Positions 8,325 to 16,972 of a stretch of DNA of 24,000 nucleotides are shown here, in pieces. The notes under the pieces are model-generated. The model was not told where the DNA came from. It saw only the letters and a list, made by a program, of their open reading frames with translations, and made no database searches. Every line of letters begins with the position of its first letter. Position 1 is the stretch's first letter. The DNA is from Brooklawnia propionicigenes (GTDB lineage Bacteria; Actinomycetota; Actinomycetes; Propionibacteriales; Propionibacteriaceae): positions 234,939-258,938 of the forward strand of contig NZ_AP028056.1 in NCBI RefSeq assembly GCF_030297015.1. The letters run 5' to 3'. The position numbers and the translations under genes are program-made.

Positions 8325-10775
8325 ATGGCAACCAAGACCCCGGACGATGTCGAAGAATTCGAAGAGCGCATCATCGACATCGATGTCTCATCCGAGATGG
8401 AGACCAGCTACCTCGAGTATGCCTATTCGGTCATCTATGCCCGGGCGCTCCCGGACGCCCGGGACGGCCTGAAGCCGGTTCAGCGCCGCATTCTTTACAC
8501 CATGTATGACATGGGGCTGCGTCCGGACAAGCCACATGTCAAGTGTGCGCGGGTTGTCGGCCAGGTCATGGGTCTGCTCCATCCGCACGGCGACACGGCG
8601 ATCTACGATGCCTTGGTGCGGCTCGGCCAGGACTGGTCGATGCGGCTGCCGACGATCGACGGGCACGGCAACTTCGGTTCGCTGGACGCCGGCCCGGCGG
8701 CCTACCGGTACACCGAATGCCGTCTGGCACCCGCTGCCATGGCGATGGTCTCCGATATCGAATCCGACACCGTGGATTTCCGGCCGAACTACGACGGCAA
8801 AGAACTCGAACCGTCCGTCTTGCCGGCCGCCTTCCCGAATCTGCTGGTCAACGGCGCATCCGGCATCGCGGTCGGGATGGCCACCAACCTGGCCCCGCAC
8901 AATCTGATCGAGGTCGTCGGCGCGCTGAAGCATCTGCTGGCTCACCCCGATGCCGATCTGGACGCACTGATGCGTTACATTCCGGGGCCGGACTTCCCGA
9001 CCGGCGGGACCATCATCGGACTGGACGGGGTGCGCGACGCCTATGCGTCGGGACGCGGCTCGTTCAAGTTGCGTGCGGCCTGCCGGATCGACCAGGTCAG
9101 TCCCCGCCGCAAAGGCATCGTGGTCACGTCGCTGCCTTATGGGGTCGGCCCGGAAAAGATCATGGAACAGATCAAGGATCTGGTCACCCGCAAGAAGCTC
9201 TCCGGCATCGCCGACGTCAAGGATCTCACTGATCTGAAGCATGGCACCCGGCTGGTCATCGAGATCAAGAACGGCATCAACCCGGATGCGCTGCTCGCGC
9301 AGCTGTACAAGCTGACCAAGCTCGAAGACACCTTCGCCATCAACGCGGTGGCTCTGGTCGATGGGCAACCTCGGACGATGTCGCTGATCGAGATGCTGCA
9401 GGTCTATCTGGATCACCGAATCGAGGTGGTCCTGCGACGGACCCGGCATCGGCTCGGCAAAGCCACCGACCGGCTGCATCTGGTCGAGGGCATGCTGCTC
9501 GCCCTGCTCGACATCGACGATGTGATCGCGATCATCCGGAGCTCGGAAGATGTGGCGGAAGCCCGCACCCGGCTGATGGAGGCCTTCGAGCTGACAGAGG
9601 TCCAGGCGAATTACATCCTCGATCTGCAGCTTCGCAGGCTGACCAAGCTGAGCCGGATCGAACTTGAATCCGAGCGCGACGAGTTGACGGCCGAGATCGC
9701 CCGGCTGAATGAGATCCTCGACAACGAATCAGTGCTGCACGGGCTGGTCAGCGGAGAGCTCGATGACGTTGTGAAGAAGTTCGGGACACCGCGTCGCACC
9801 GTGCTGCTGGCCGATTCCGGTGTGGCGGCGAGCAGTGCTGCGGCACCACTGGAAATCCCCGATGATCCCTGCTGGGTGATGCTGAGCTCGGCCGGACTGG
9901 TGGCGCGACTCGACGTGGCGGAGGCCCCGGCGAGGCCCGAAGGTCCCCGTACCCGCCACGATTGCGTGGTGGCGGCAATCCAGGCGACCACGCATGCCGA
10001 ATACGGAGTGCTGACCTCACACGGCCGGTTGATCAAGGCGAAGGCGATCGAGTTGCCTTCGGTGCCCCCGACCGCAACCTCGCCGAATCTGCAGGGCGGC
10101 ACGCGCATCTCCGATCTGGTGCACCTCGACAAGGACGAGCGGGTGCTCGGGCTGACCTCGTTGAGCGATTCGTCGCTGGGATTGGCGCTGGGTACCAGAT
10201 CGGGCGTGGTCAAACGGGTAAACCCCGAGATACTGGCCAGCAAGGATGACTGGACGGTCATCAATCTCGCTGACGGCGACGAGGTGGTCGGCGCGCTCGA
10301 ACTGCACAGCGCCGACGATGAACTGGTCTTCATCACCTCGGACGCCCAACTGCTGCACTTCGCTGCCTCGCTCGTCCGCCCGCAAGGCCGGGCAGGCTCC
10401 GGCATGACCGGCATCAAGCTGGGGGCCGACGCCCAGGCCATCTGGTTCGGGGCAGTGCGTGCCGGCGCAGCGGTCGTGGTGACGGTCTCGGGCAGTTCGT
10501 CGTCGCTACCGGGAACCGAGACCGGCAGCGTGAAGGTGACCCCGTTCGCCGAATACCCACCGAAGGGCCGCGCGACCGGCGGTGTGCGCTGCCACCGGTT
10601 CTTGAAGGGTGAGGACACCCTTCTGCTGGGTTGGGCAGGGGCGGCTCCCGCGATTGCGGCGGCCGGATCGGGATCGCCGGTCGATCTGCCCCCGGCCACC
10701 GGACGCCGTGATGGGTCCGGGACTCCCGCGTCCCAGCCGATCGCTGCCGTAGCCAGCCGGGTTCTTGGTTCGTAG
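8325..10775 (+). CDS. type IIA DNA topoisomerase subunit A (ParC-like / gyrase-topoisomerase IV subunit A)
   Basis: Track ORF trimmed to the ATG at 8325 ([58 protein letters not shown]). Active-site tyrosine context [15 protein letters not shown] and IDGHGNFGS motifs. C-terminal beta-pinwheel region with no obvious GyrA-box (QRRGGKG), and no adjacent gyrB, hence ParC-like. Confidence 0.93.
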   Translation: MATKTPDDVEEFEERIIDIDVSSEMETSYLEYAYSVIYARALPDARDGLKPVQRRILYTMYDMGLRPDKPHVKCARVVGQVMGLLHPHGDTAIYDALVRLGQDWSMRLPTIDGHGNFGSLDAGPAAYRYTECRLAPAAMAMVSDIESDTVDFRPNYDGKELEPSVLPAAFPNLLVNGASGIAVGMATNLAPHNLIEVVGALKHLLAHPDADLDALMRYIPGPDFPTGGTIIGLDGVRDAYASGRGSFKLRAACRIDQVSPRRKGIVVTSLPYGVGPEKIMEQIKDLVTRKKLSGIADVKDLTDLKHGTRLVIEIKNGINPDALLAQLYKLTKLEDTFAINAVALVDGQPRTMSLIEMLQVYLDHRIEVVLRRTRHRLGKATDRLHLVEGMLLALLDIDDVIAIIRSSEDVAEARTRLMEAFELTEVQANYILDLQLRRLTKLSRIELESERDELTAEIARLNEILDNESVLHGLVSGELDDVVKKFGTPRRTVLLADSGVAASSAAAPLEIPDDPCWVMLSSAGLVARLDVAEAPARPEGPRTRHDCVVAAIQATTHAEYGVLTSHGRLIKAKAIELPSVPPTATSPNLQGGTRISDLVHLDKDERVLGLTSLSDSSLGLALGTRSGVVKRVNPEILASKDDWTVINLADGDEVVGALELHSADDELVFITSDAQLLHFAASLVRPQGRAGSGMTGIKLGADAQAIWFGAVRAGAAVVVTVSGSSSSLPGTETGSVKVTPFAEYPPKGRATGGVRCHRFLKGEDTLLLGWAGAAPAIAAAGSGSPVDLPPATGRRDGSGTPASQPIAAVASRVLGS

Positions 10776-10791
10776 CTCGTAGGATGGCCGC

Positions 10792-11280
10792 GTGCCATTT
10801 GCTGATCTACTGACGGCCAATGCCGCCTATGCCGAGGGATTCGAACATCGCGATCTGGACGGCAGGCCCCGCGCCGGTCTGTGCCTGCTGACCTGCATGG
10901 ATTGTCGGCTTGATCCACTGCCCATGGTCGGGCTGCAGGTCGGGGACGCGAAGGTTCTGCGCAGTCCGGGCGGTCATCTGGGGCCGGAGATGTTGGCCGG
11001 TTGTGTGCTGGCGGTGCATGCCCTGGGCGTCAATCGGATCATGATCATCGCACACACTCGCTGTGCGATGGCCGGGTCGGAGTCGGACCTGCGCGATCGC
11101 ATCTCGGCCTCCAGCGGCATCAAGGACATCGACATCGTGTTCGGTGCGGACGCCGATCGGCTCGGCCGGTTGGCTGAAGACGTCGAGACACTGCGCAATC
11201 ACGAGCTCATCGGGCGGTTCGCCGAGGTCGGTGGCTTCGATTACGACGTCGACAGCGGACGCCTGACCCAGCTCTACTGA
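10792..11280 (+). CDS. beta-class carbonic anhydrase
   Basis: GTG start 16 nt after the topoisomerase stop. Zinc ligands in the CMDCRL...HTRCAM arrangement (Cys-Asp-x-Arg and His-x-x-Cys), typical of small actinobacterial beta-CAs. Confidence 0.88.
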   Translation: MPFADLLTANAAYAEGFEHRDLDGRPRAGLCLLTCMDCRLDPLPMVGLQVGDAKVLRSPGGHLGPEMLAGCVLAVHALGVNRIMIIAHTRCAMAGSESDLRDRISASSGIKDIDIVFGADADRLGRLAEDVETLRNHELIGRFAEVGGFDYDVDSGRLTQLY

Positions 11281-11322
11281 CTCGGATCTACTGACTCAGC
11301 TCTACTGACTCAGCCGCTTGGA
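11267..11322. repeat. 14-bp tandem repeat (3 good copies plus 1 degenerate) spanning the carbonic anhydrase stop codon
   Basis: Copies: CCCAGCTCTACTGA (11267-11280), CTCGGATCTACTGA (11281-11294), CTCAGCTCTACTGA (11295-11308), CTCAGCCGCTTGGA (11309-11322). The unit length is not a multiple of 3, so the three TGA triplets fall in all three frames. Confidence 0.7.
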
Positions 11323-11358
11323 CTCGGGCCCTGGGTGCTCGGCGACCCGGGCGAGGGC

Positions 11359-12591
11359 TCAGCTGCGGGCCTGACGCGCGGCGACGATCGCGTCAAGCAG
11401 CCCATCGGCTGCCTCGCGTTTCGACCCACTCGCCGTGGCCACCAGTTCGCCGCCGACCGCCAGCACATACAGCGTGTTCTCGGTCGTCTCGAAACCCTCG
11501 GACCAACCCACTGCGTTCACCGCGAGCAGGTCTGCGCCCTTGCGGGCGAGCTTCTGGCGGCCGAGCGCGAGTAGTGCCTGCTGGTTCTCGGCGGTTTCTG
11601 CGGCGAATCCCACCACGAGTTGGCCGGGCCGGCGGCGGTGCACCAGGCCGGCGAGAATGTCGGGGTTCTCCGTCAGGGTGAGGGTCACCTGAGTGCCGGT
11701 GTCCTCCTTGCGCATCTTCGTGTCGCGCACGCCGGCGACGCGATAGTCCGACACCGCAGCGGCCATCACGATGACATCCGCGTCGTCGGCCTCGCGGTTC
11801 GCAGCCGCGTCCATCTCGGTGGCGGTTCCGGTGCGATCGATTCGCACGTTGGCACAGTCGGAGACCTCGGACAGGATTGCGTCTTCGATGTTGGCGGCGA
11901 GCAGGACGACATCGGCGCCCCGAGCCGCAGCGGCGGCGGCCAGGGCGACACCTTGGCGTCCACTGGAGCGGTTGCCGATGAACCGGACCGGATCGATCGG
12001 CTCACGTGTGCCACCGGCGCTGACAAGCAGCTTCACTCCCGCCAGATCGCCGCTGGTGAGGCTCGTCCGTGCGAGAATCTCGAATGCGCGGGTGACGATC
12101 TCGTCCGGCTCGCTCATGCGGCCCGGCCCGGAGTCGGTGCCGGTGAGTCGTCCGTCGTTGGGACCGACGAACTCGATACCGCGGGTACGCAGGGTCGCGA
12201 TGTTGGCCTGAGTTGCCGGGTGCAGCCACATCTGGGTGTGCATCGCCGGCGCTACCAGCACGGGTGCCTCGGTGGCCAGCAGTGTGGTGCCGAGCAGGTT
12301 GTCCGCGATGCCAGCGGCCATTCGCGCCAGGGTATTGGCCGTTGCGGGCGCCACTATGATCAAATCGGCGTGCTGGCCCAGCGCGACATGCCGCACCTCG
12401 GCCACATTCTCATGAACCGACGCGGTCACCGGATGACGACTGATGGCCTCCCAGGTCGGCTTCCCCACGAAGTGCAGCGCATCCTCGGTGGGCACCACCT
12501 GCACGTCGTGTCCTGCCTCGACGAGCAGGCGCGCAACCATGACTGCTTTGTATGCGGCGATTCCACCGGACACTCCCAGCACGATGTTCAT
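11359..12591 (-). CDS. coaBC: bifunctional phosphopantothenoylcysteine decarboxylase / phosphopantothenate-cysteine ligase
   Basis: Track ORF 11359..12633 trimmed to the ATG at 12591, with GGGAGG and GGAGG upstream. The N-terminal flavoprotein domain starts [15 protein letters not shown], with PAMHTQMW and PATANTLA motifs. The C-terminal CoaB domain has [26 protein letters not shown] and AAAVSDY motifs. Confidence 0.95.
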   Translation of the reverse strand: MNIVLGVSGGIAAYKAVMVARLLVEAGHDVQVVPTEDALHFVGKPTWEAISRHPVTASVHENVAEVRHVALGQHADLIIVAPATANTLARMAAGIADNLLGTTLLATEAPVLVAPAMHTQMWLHPATQANIATLRTRGIEFVGPNDGRLTGTDSGPGRMSEPDEIVTRAFEILARTSLTSGDLAGVKLLVSAGGTREPIDPVRFIGNRSSGRQGVALAAAAAARGADVVLLAANIEDAILSEVSDCANVRIDRTGTATEMDAAANREADDADVIVMAAAVSDYRVAGVRDTKMRKEDTGTQVTLTLTENPDILAGLVHRRRPGQLVVGFAAETAENQQALLALGRQKLARKGADLLAVNAVGWSEGFETTENTLYVLAVGGELVATASGSKREAADGLLDAIVAARQARS

Positions 12592-12635
12592 GGCCTCCAT
12601 CCTCCCATCCGGCCGAGCGTCTAGACTGCACACCC

Positions 12636-13370
12636 ATGTGTACGGTCATCATCCATGTTCCCGAATGCGCCGAACATGCGACTCGGATGCTTGCCGTGCG
12701 CGACGAAGATCCGACCCGTCCGTGGGATGCACCCGGGCCCTGGTGGCCGGACGAGTATCCCGAGGTGATCGGAGTCCGGGACCGCCGGGCGAACGGAGCC
12801 TGGCTGGCCGAGGATTCCCCCGCCGGTCGGCTGGCCGTCATTCTCAACCGCGATGTGCTGTCGGTGCCCGACGGATCCCTCGAGTCGAGGGGTGGCATCG
12901 TCCTTGCCTCGGTCTCGGGAGAATCGCTGCCGCAGCGTCCCCGCACCGCCGGCTTCAACCTGGTCGAAGTGGCGGGACCGCGGGCGTGGGTCACCATCTG
13001 GGATGGGCTGCGGCTGCGCCGCCAGCAGCTTGAGCCGGGCGTCCACATGATCTCGCACGACGAGGTGGACGATCCCCGCACGGCCCGCATTGTCCGCTGG
13101 CTGCCTGACTACCGCGAGATCACCCAGCGGCAGGGTCCCGAGATGGCCTTCGAGCAGTGGGCTCACCAGTGGGTCGCGGTGCTGTCCGCAAGCTCGGCGC
13201 TGGGGCCCTTCGACGATCGGGCGATCATTCGTGACAATCATCCACACGGGTATCCGACGATGTCACTCCTGGTTTGCGTCGCCGAAATCCGTGCTGAGCG
13301 CGTGCAACTCGCCTCGGCTGTGCTTCCCGAGCCAGGCGTGTGGGCCGAGGCACCTTTCGTCCTCGCCTGA
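12636..13370 (+). CDS. NRDE family protein (TANGO2/DUF833-like)
   Basis: ATG at 12636 gives the N-terminus MCTVIIH, the conserved Met-Cys start of this family. LAVILNRDV corresponds to the NRDE motif region. The gene is divergent from coaBC with a 44-bp spacer. Confidence 0.75.
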   Translation: MCTVIIHVPECAEHATRMLAVRDEDPTRPWDAPGPWWPDEYPEVIGVRDRRANGAWLAEDSPAGRLAVILNRDVLSVPDGSLESRGGIVLASVSGESLPQRPRTAGFNLVEVAGPRAWVTIWDGLRLRRQQLEPGVHMISHDEVDDPRTARIVRWLPDYREITQRQGPEMAFEQWAHQWVAVLSASSALGPFDDRAIIRDNHPHGYPTMSLLVCVAEIRAERVQLASAVLPEPGVWAEAPFVLA

Positions 13371-13424
13371 GGGAGCCACAAGCACGGCAGGTAGTATCGT
13401 GCGGGACCCCGACGAAGGAAGTAC

Positions 13425-14384
13425 ATGAGCGAACCGATCAGCAGTAACCCGACGAGCGTGCAAAAGCCTCCCGCGGACGGCTATCTGAATGAACCGGAGA
13501 GCATCAGCGCCTGGCTGATCCGACTGGTCAAAGGCATCCTGGTGGGGATCGGCTTCATCCTGCCCGGGTTATCCGGCGGCGTGCTGGCGGTCATCTTCCG
13601 CGTGTACGACCCGATCATCCGATTCTTGGCCAAGCCGTTCCATCGCTTCGGCAAGAACGTGCTCTACTTCATCCCGATCGGCATCGGCGCGGTCATCGGC
13701 ATTGTGCTCTTCTCGGTTGTCGTGGACGCCGCGTTCGGCCGTTTCGCGGCGCAGTTCATCTGCTTGTTCATCGGCTTCGTGGTGGGGACCTTCCCGTCGC
13801 TCTATCGCACGGCCGGCAGGCAGGGCCGGACGACCACACACTGGATCATCCTGGCAGTCGCTGCCGTCGTGATCTTCGCGATCATGCTGATCGGCGGTCA
13901 GTCGATGATCAATGTCACCCCGAACTGGCTGGTCTGGCTGGGGTCGGGAGCGCTGATCGGCCTGGGTGTCATCGTGCCGGGCATGAGCCCGTCGAACTTC
14001 CTGATCTACTTCGGCCTCTACGACAAGATGGCCGCCGGCATCAAGGACTTCGACTTCGCTGTCATCGTTCCCCTGACGCTGGGGTTGATTGTCTGCGTTC
14101 TGGTCTTCGCCAAGGCTGCCGCGTGGGCATTCGATCACTACTACGCGGGCATGTACCACTTCATTCTCGGCATGGTCATCGGATCATCGCTGGCGATTTT
14201 CCCGACCGTGGTCTTCCCCACGTTCACGGCATCCGGGTTGGCGGAGGCCAACCTGAGCCTGCCGGTGGCGCTCATCTTCGCCATCGTCATGTTCATTGTC
14301 GGGACGATCGCATCGTGGCTGTTCAGCAAGCTCGAGGACAAGGTCGCGATTCAGCGCGAGGCGATTGAAGCAGCCGCGAGCTGA
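13425..14384 (+). CDS. DUF368 family membrane protein (putative undecaprenyl-phosphate translocase family)
   Basis: GAAGGAAG SD before the ATG at 13425. Polytopic hydrophobic protein with the duplicated signature ILPGLSGGVLAVIF and IVPGMSPSNFLIYFGLYD, typical of DUF368. Confidence 0.85.
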   Translation: MSEPISSNPTSVQKPPADGYLNEPESISAWLIRLVKGILVGIGFILPGLSGGVLAVIFRVYDPIIRFLAKPFHRFGKNVLYFIPIGIGAVIGIVLFSVVVDAAFGRFAAQFICLFIGFVVGTFPSLYRTAGRQGRTTTHWIILAVAAVVIFAIMLIGGQSMINVTPNWLVWLGSGALIGLGVIVPGMSPSNFLIYFGLYDKMAAGIKDFDFAVIVPLTLGLIVCVLVFAKAAAWAFDHYYAGMYHFILGMVIGSSLAIFPTVVFPTFTASGLAEANLSLPVALIFAIVMFIVGTIASWLFSKLEDKVAIQREAIEAAAS

Positions 14385-14758
14385 CACCGATCCAACCGCC
14401 GCGATCTGGGGATAGCTCGATGCCTGGCGCGACATGTAGCGCTTCATTCGGGGATCGCGGTCGCGCCTGGGAGGTGCGCAGTCATCGCCTCTGCGACAGC
14501 CAGCACCGCCGCCGACGCCTCGGGGGCGGGCGCTAGCGGCGGTGCCTCAGCTGCGCTCCTGGGGGACTGAGCAGCGGAATGACTAGCACTGTCAGTTTCA
14601 GTCACCGCTTCATGGGGCGTCAAGGCTTTTTCCCGATCTGTGGATAACTTGTCAACTAAAGTAGATTCCTACGGCCCGCGCGGGCCGTTATCCGCGGGTG
14701 GCGGCGCTCGAAGAAGCGTCTCTGGGATGTTTCCCGCTAGACTGGCCGCCGCAGGCAA

Positions 14759-14835
14759 GGGGCGTTAGCTCAGCAGGTTAGAGCAGAGGACTCATAATCC
14801 TTGGGTCGCGGGTTCGAGCCCCGCACGCCCTACCA
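14759..14835 (+). tRNA. tRNA-Met (anticodon CAT), CCA-encoded; could alternatively be a lysidine-modified tRNA-Ile2
   Basis: Cloverleaf read by hand: acceptor GGGGCGT/ACGCCCT, D-arm GCTC-AGCAGGTTA-GAGC, anticodon arm GAGGA-CTCATAA-TCCTT, variable GGGTC, T-arm GCGGG-TTCGAGC-CCCGC, discriminator A, CCA. No initiator features (no C1:A72, no 3 GC pairs in the anticodon stem). Position 1:72 is a G:T wobble. Confidence 0.9.
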
Positions 14836-14946
14836 GTGAAGCGGGTAGTCAGATGATGCTTATCTGCTTCCCTCCTTCCTCTGTGATGGTTGGTTTTGCT
14901 AACGATTTGCCAACGGCCAGCCGGATGCTGCCGATTTGACGCCCGG

Positions 14947-15550
14947 TCAGGCTCCCCAGACCGCCTTGGCGAACACCTCGACTGCACGGTCATCGTCCTT
15001 GGGGATCGCGTCGGCGTAGACGTTCAAAGTGACGCTCGGGTCCTTGTGACCCTGGCGCTTGCTGACGATGTGGACAGGGATGCCTTCACGCAGCAGTGTG
15101 GTCGCGTGGGTGTGCCGAGTCCCGTGCAACGTCATCCGAGGCAGACTCGTGCCCTTCTGGGCTGCCAGGAACGCCTTGGCGAAGTAATCGGGGAACACTC
15201 GGGCCCCATTCTCCCAGGCGAAGACCAACCCGTCGGTGTCTTCATAGGCCGGCCCCCATTCGAGCCGCTCGGAGGCCTGCTGCTGGCGCCATGCCTTCAG
15301 CGCTGCCGCCGTCTTCGGGTCGAGTGCAACAGTCCGGTTCTCATGGTTCTTGGTGTCAGTCGTCACGATCTGCTGCCCGAACTGGGTGGCTGAGCGCTCC
15401 ACGGTGATCAGACCGGCCTCGGGTCGACGTGGGCCCAAGTGAGCCCGCGCACAGCTCGCCGCGCCTCATGCCAACGGCCAAGGCGACGAGCCACACGATG
15501 CCCCGGCGGGTCTGCTCGGTTGCGCCGAGGAATGCCCGCTGGTACTCACC
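14947..15550 (-). pseudogene. tyrosine recombinase / phage-type integrase, 5'-truncated and frameshifted
   Basis: The C-terminal catalytic half is intact in ORF 14947..15438 (HGTRHTHATTLL, GHKDPSVTLNVYADAI with the catalytic Tyr). The box-I arginine region VGMRRGELCA is in a different frame (ORF 15356..15670). Joining them as GMRRGELCAGLTWAHVDPEAGLITVER needs two single-base corrections, in a G-run (plus-strand CCC 15444-15446) and a C-run (plus-strand GGG 15421-15423). Only about 195 codons of integrase-like sequence exist, so the N-terminal half is missing. The upstream limit is uncertain (15545-15655). Confidence 0.85.
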
Positions 15551-15666
15551 GCCGATCGTCGACTTCAGAGAGATGTCGATCTTGTGGCGGTAGAAGTGGG
15601 CCGAGGACGCCTTGAAATCGACGCTCTGAGCCGTATCCGTTTGACCAGGCGGCCCTTCGTCTCGGG

Positions 15667-15689
15667 GCACTGAACCTGTGAAAGTCAGG
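15667..15689 (+). mobile_element. remnant of an IS1634-family right end (solo terminal inverted repeat plus last transposase codon and stop)
   Basis: GCACTGAACCTGTGAAAGTCAGG (15667-15689) matches the right end of the intact IS, GCACTAAACCTGTGGAAGTCAGG (18637-18659), at 21 of 23 positions. The match includes the His codon and stop codon in the same register. The plus-frame translation upstream (..LQRDVDLVAVEVGRGRLEIDALS..GH*) weakly resembles the transposase C-terminus (..LQPLRHVTITITINGHPIEAQPAIS..EH*). Confidence 0.7.
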
Positions 15690-15752
15690 CCATACTCCGC
15701 ACAATGGTGGAGTCCTTGCTCCTCCGCAATCTGGAGACCTCGGGGAACTAAA

Positions 15753-16391
15753 TCATCTGATGCGTATTACCCAAAGTACGTATGTACCGCTTGACCGAAT
15801 TCGTCTTGCCGAAATCTGACACTGGTCGATGTCTAGGATCTTGGTAACTAGGTGCTTCACATCCATTGACTTCATATCCAGCGCATCGCTTATGGGTCCT
15901 AGCCTGGCGATCAACCGTCCGCCATTCGCATTGCTGCTCAACGTCACGATGCCCGACGCCGCGGCAGCCAGTATGTACTCGTCCTGCTCAGCTTGAGCGT
16001 ATTCGATCGTCAGTCTCCCGGCTAGCGCTTGCCGGGCCCGATAGGCACACGCACGGAAGAATCCCGCTGGTAAGCCGGACATTTCGCACTCATCGTCTGT
16101 ACCCGGCACTGTGGTACTTGGCCAAGTAGAAGGGTCTGCAGCATCAAGGATGACATCTTTAAGGTCATCCACACCGAGATCACGCGAGAACTGGCCGAGT
16201 AGATCACTGGCCCGCGCGTCGGCGAGCGCCTCTATGAAGGAGAGATCGGCTACATACTCCAGCGGCACTTCTGTCGTGGAGATTTGTTCCCAGCGATCAA
16301 TCGCCTCGGACGGCACTTGCCACCGGCGAGCGAGCCACGCTTTGGATAGGCCTAGACCCTCTCGTACCGTGCAGAGTTCCGCGCCGTTCAT
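15753..16391 (-). CDS. hypothetical protein with N-terminal XRE-like helix-turn-helix, C-terminal domain unknown
   Basis: ATG at 16391 with GGGAG 7 nt upstream. The N-terminus MNGAELCTVREGLGLSKAWLARRWQVPSEAIDRWE follows the common phage/antitoxin-type HTH pattern (G-x-E-L-x-x-x-R-E-x-L-G-L-S ... W-E). The remaining 140 aa or so were not recognised. Lower-GC island gene. Confidence 0.65.
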   Translation of the reverse strand: MNGAELCTVREGLGLSKAWLARRWQVPSEAIDRWEQISTTEVPLEYVADLSFIEALADARASDLLGQFSRDLGVDDLKDVILDAADPSTWPSTTVPGTDDECEMSGLPAGFFRACAYRARQALAGRLTIEYAQAEQDEYILAAAASGIVTLSSNANGGRLIARLGPISDALDMKSMDVKHLVTKILDIDQCQISARRIRSSGTYVLWVIRIR

Positions 16392-16684
16392 ATGGTTGCT
16401 CCCGTTCTCTTAGTCGATGACCCGGCACAGTAGGCATAGACCTTCAATCAACAGATCGACTTAACGTCCGCGCCTATCTGCACTCTAGCTGCTTGGGCGT
16501 GTCGCGATGGCAGTCACAACGTTTCTGCACAGACGGGTTGACTAACTCGCACATCCTGCCATACACAAGCCGACGGCGAATCATTAAGATTTTGACAGTT
16601 CGCTAGACAAGTCTTGCCGGCGGTGCTACGTTAAAGTCACCTCCCCAGGTCGTAAGCAACGTAGCGAACGGAAAGGACATTTTT

Positions 16685-16954
16685 GTGCCAAAACTCGTCA
16701 CGGGAACCGTCGAGTCATGGGATTCAGATCGCGGATGTGGCGTGATCATGATGGACGGTAATATTCCAGTCTGGTCTCACTATTCAACCATTCGCGGTGT
16801 AACCGGATTCGCCAACCTTACCCCCGGGGAACAGGTCGCTATGACCCTAATATCACGGGATCCTCTGGCGAAGAACACAGAGGCTCCCGGATTCGCGTGG
16901 ATCACAGCCGATGTTTATCCGATAGATAGAACCAAGGATGACTCTTATGATTAG
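16685..16954 (+). CDS. divergent cold-shock-domain (CSD/OB-fold)-like small protein
   Basis: GTG at 16685 with AAAGGA 8 nt upstream. GTVESWDSDRGCGVIMMDGNIPVWSHYSTIRG...LTPGEQVAMTL aligns by eye to the CspA pattern GTVKWFNxxKGFGFIxxDG.DVFVHFSAI....L.EGQ.V.F. The RNP1 (KGFGFI to RGCGVI) and RNP2 (VFVHF to VWSHY) aromatic residues are partly replaced. A 30-aa extra C-terminal tail is present. Confidence 0.55.
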   Translation: MPKLVTGTVESWDSDRGCGVIMMDGNIPVWSHYSTIRGVTGFANLTPGEQVAMTLISRDPLAKNTEAPGFAWITADVYPIDRTKDDSYD

Positions 16955-16972
16955 ACACCTGCCCAAAGCACT
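16864..16972. repeat. left copy of 109-bp target-site duplication flanking the IS
   Basis: 16864-16972 is identical base for base to 18660-18768 (TCTGGCGAAGAACACAGAGG...CCTGCCCAAAGCACT). It abuts the IS left inverted repeat. Confidence 0.95.

Noticed and set aside
8388-9479. 363-aa minus-strand ORF
   Set aside because: Shadow ORF opposite the topoisomerase gene. Low-complexity Asp/Arg/Gly/Gln composition.
9611-10918. 435-aa minus-strand ORF
   Set aside because: It lies entirely opposite the topoisomerase A-subunit gene, is Ser/Ala/Arg/Pro-rich, and has no motifs. It is a typical high-GC shadow ORF.
11620-12624. 334-aa plus-strand ORF
   Set aside because: Opposite coaBC, whose identity is unambiguous. 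The composition is shadow-like.
13569-14159. 196-aa minus-strand ORF
   Set aside because: Opposite the DUF368 membrane-protein gene. Extremely Asp/Arg/His-rich mirror of a hydrophobic gene.
14639-14697. DnaA-box consensus as evidence for a replication origin
   Set aside because: There is only one perfect box and one weak box, no AT-rich unwinding element, and no dnaA/dnaN/gyrB nearby. A single 9-mer match in 24 kb on two strands is not very improbable.
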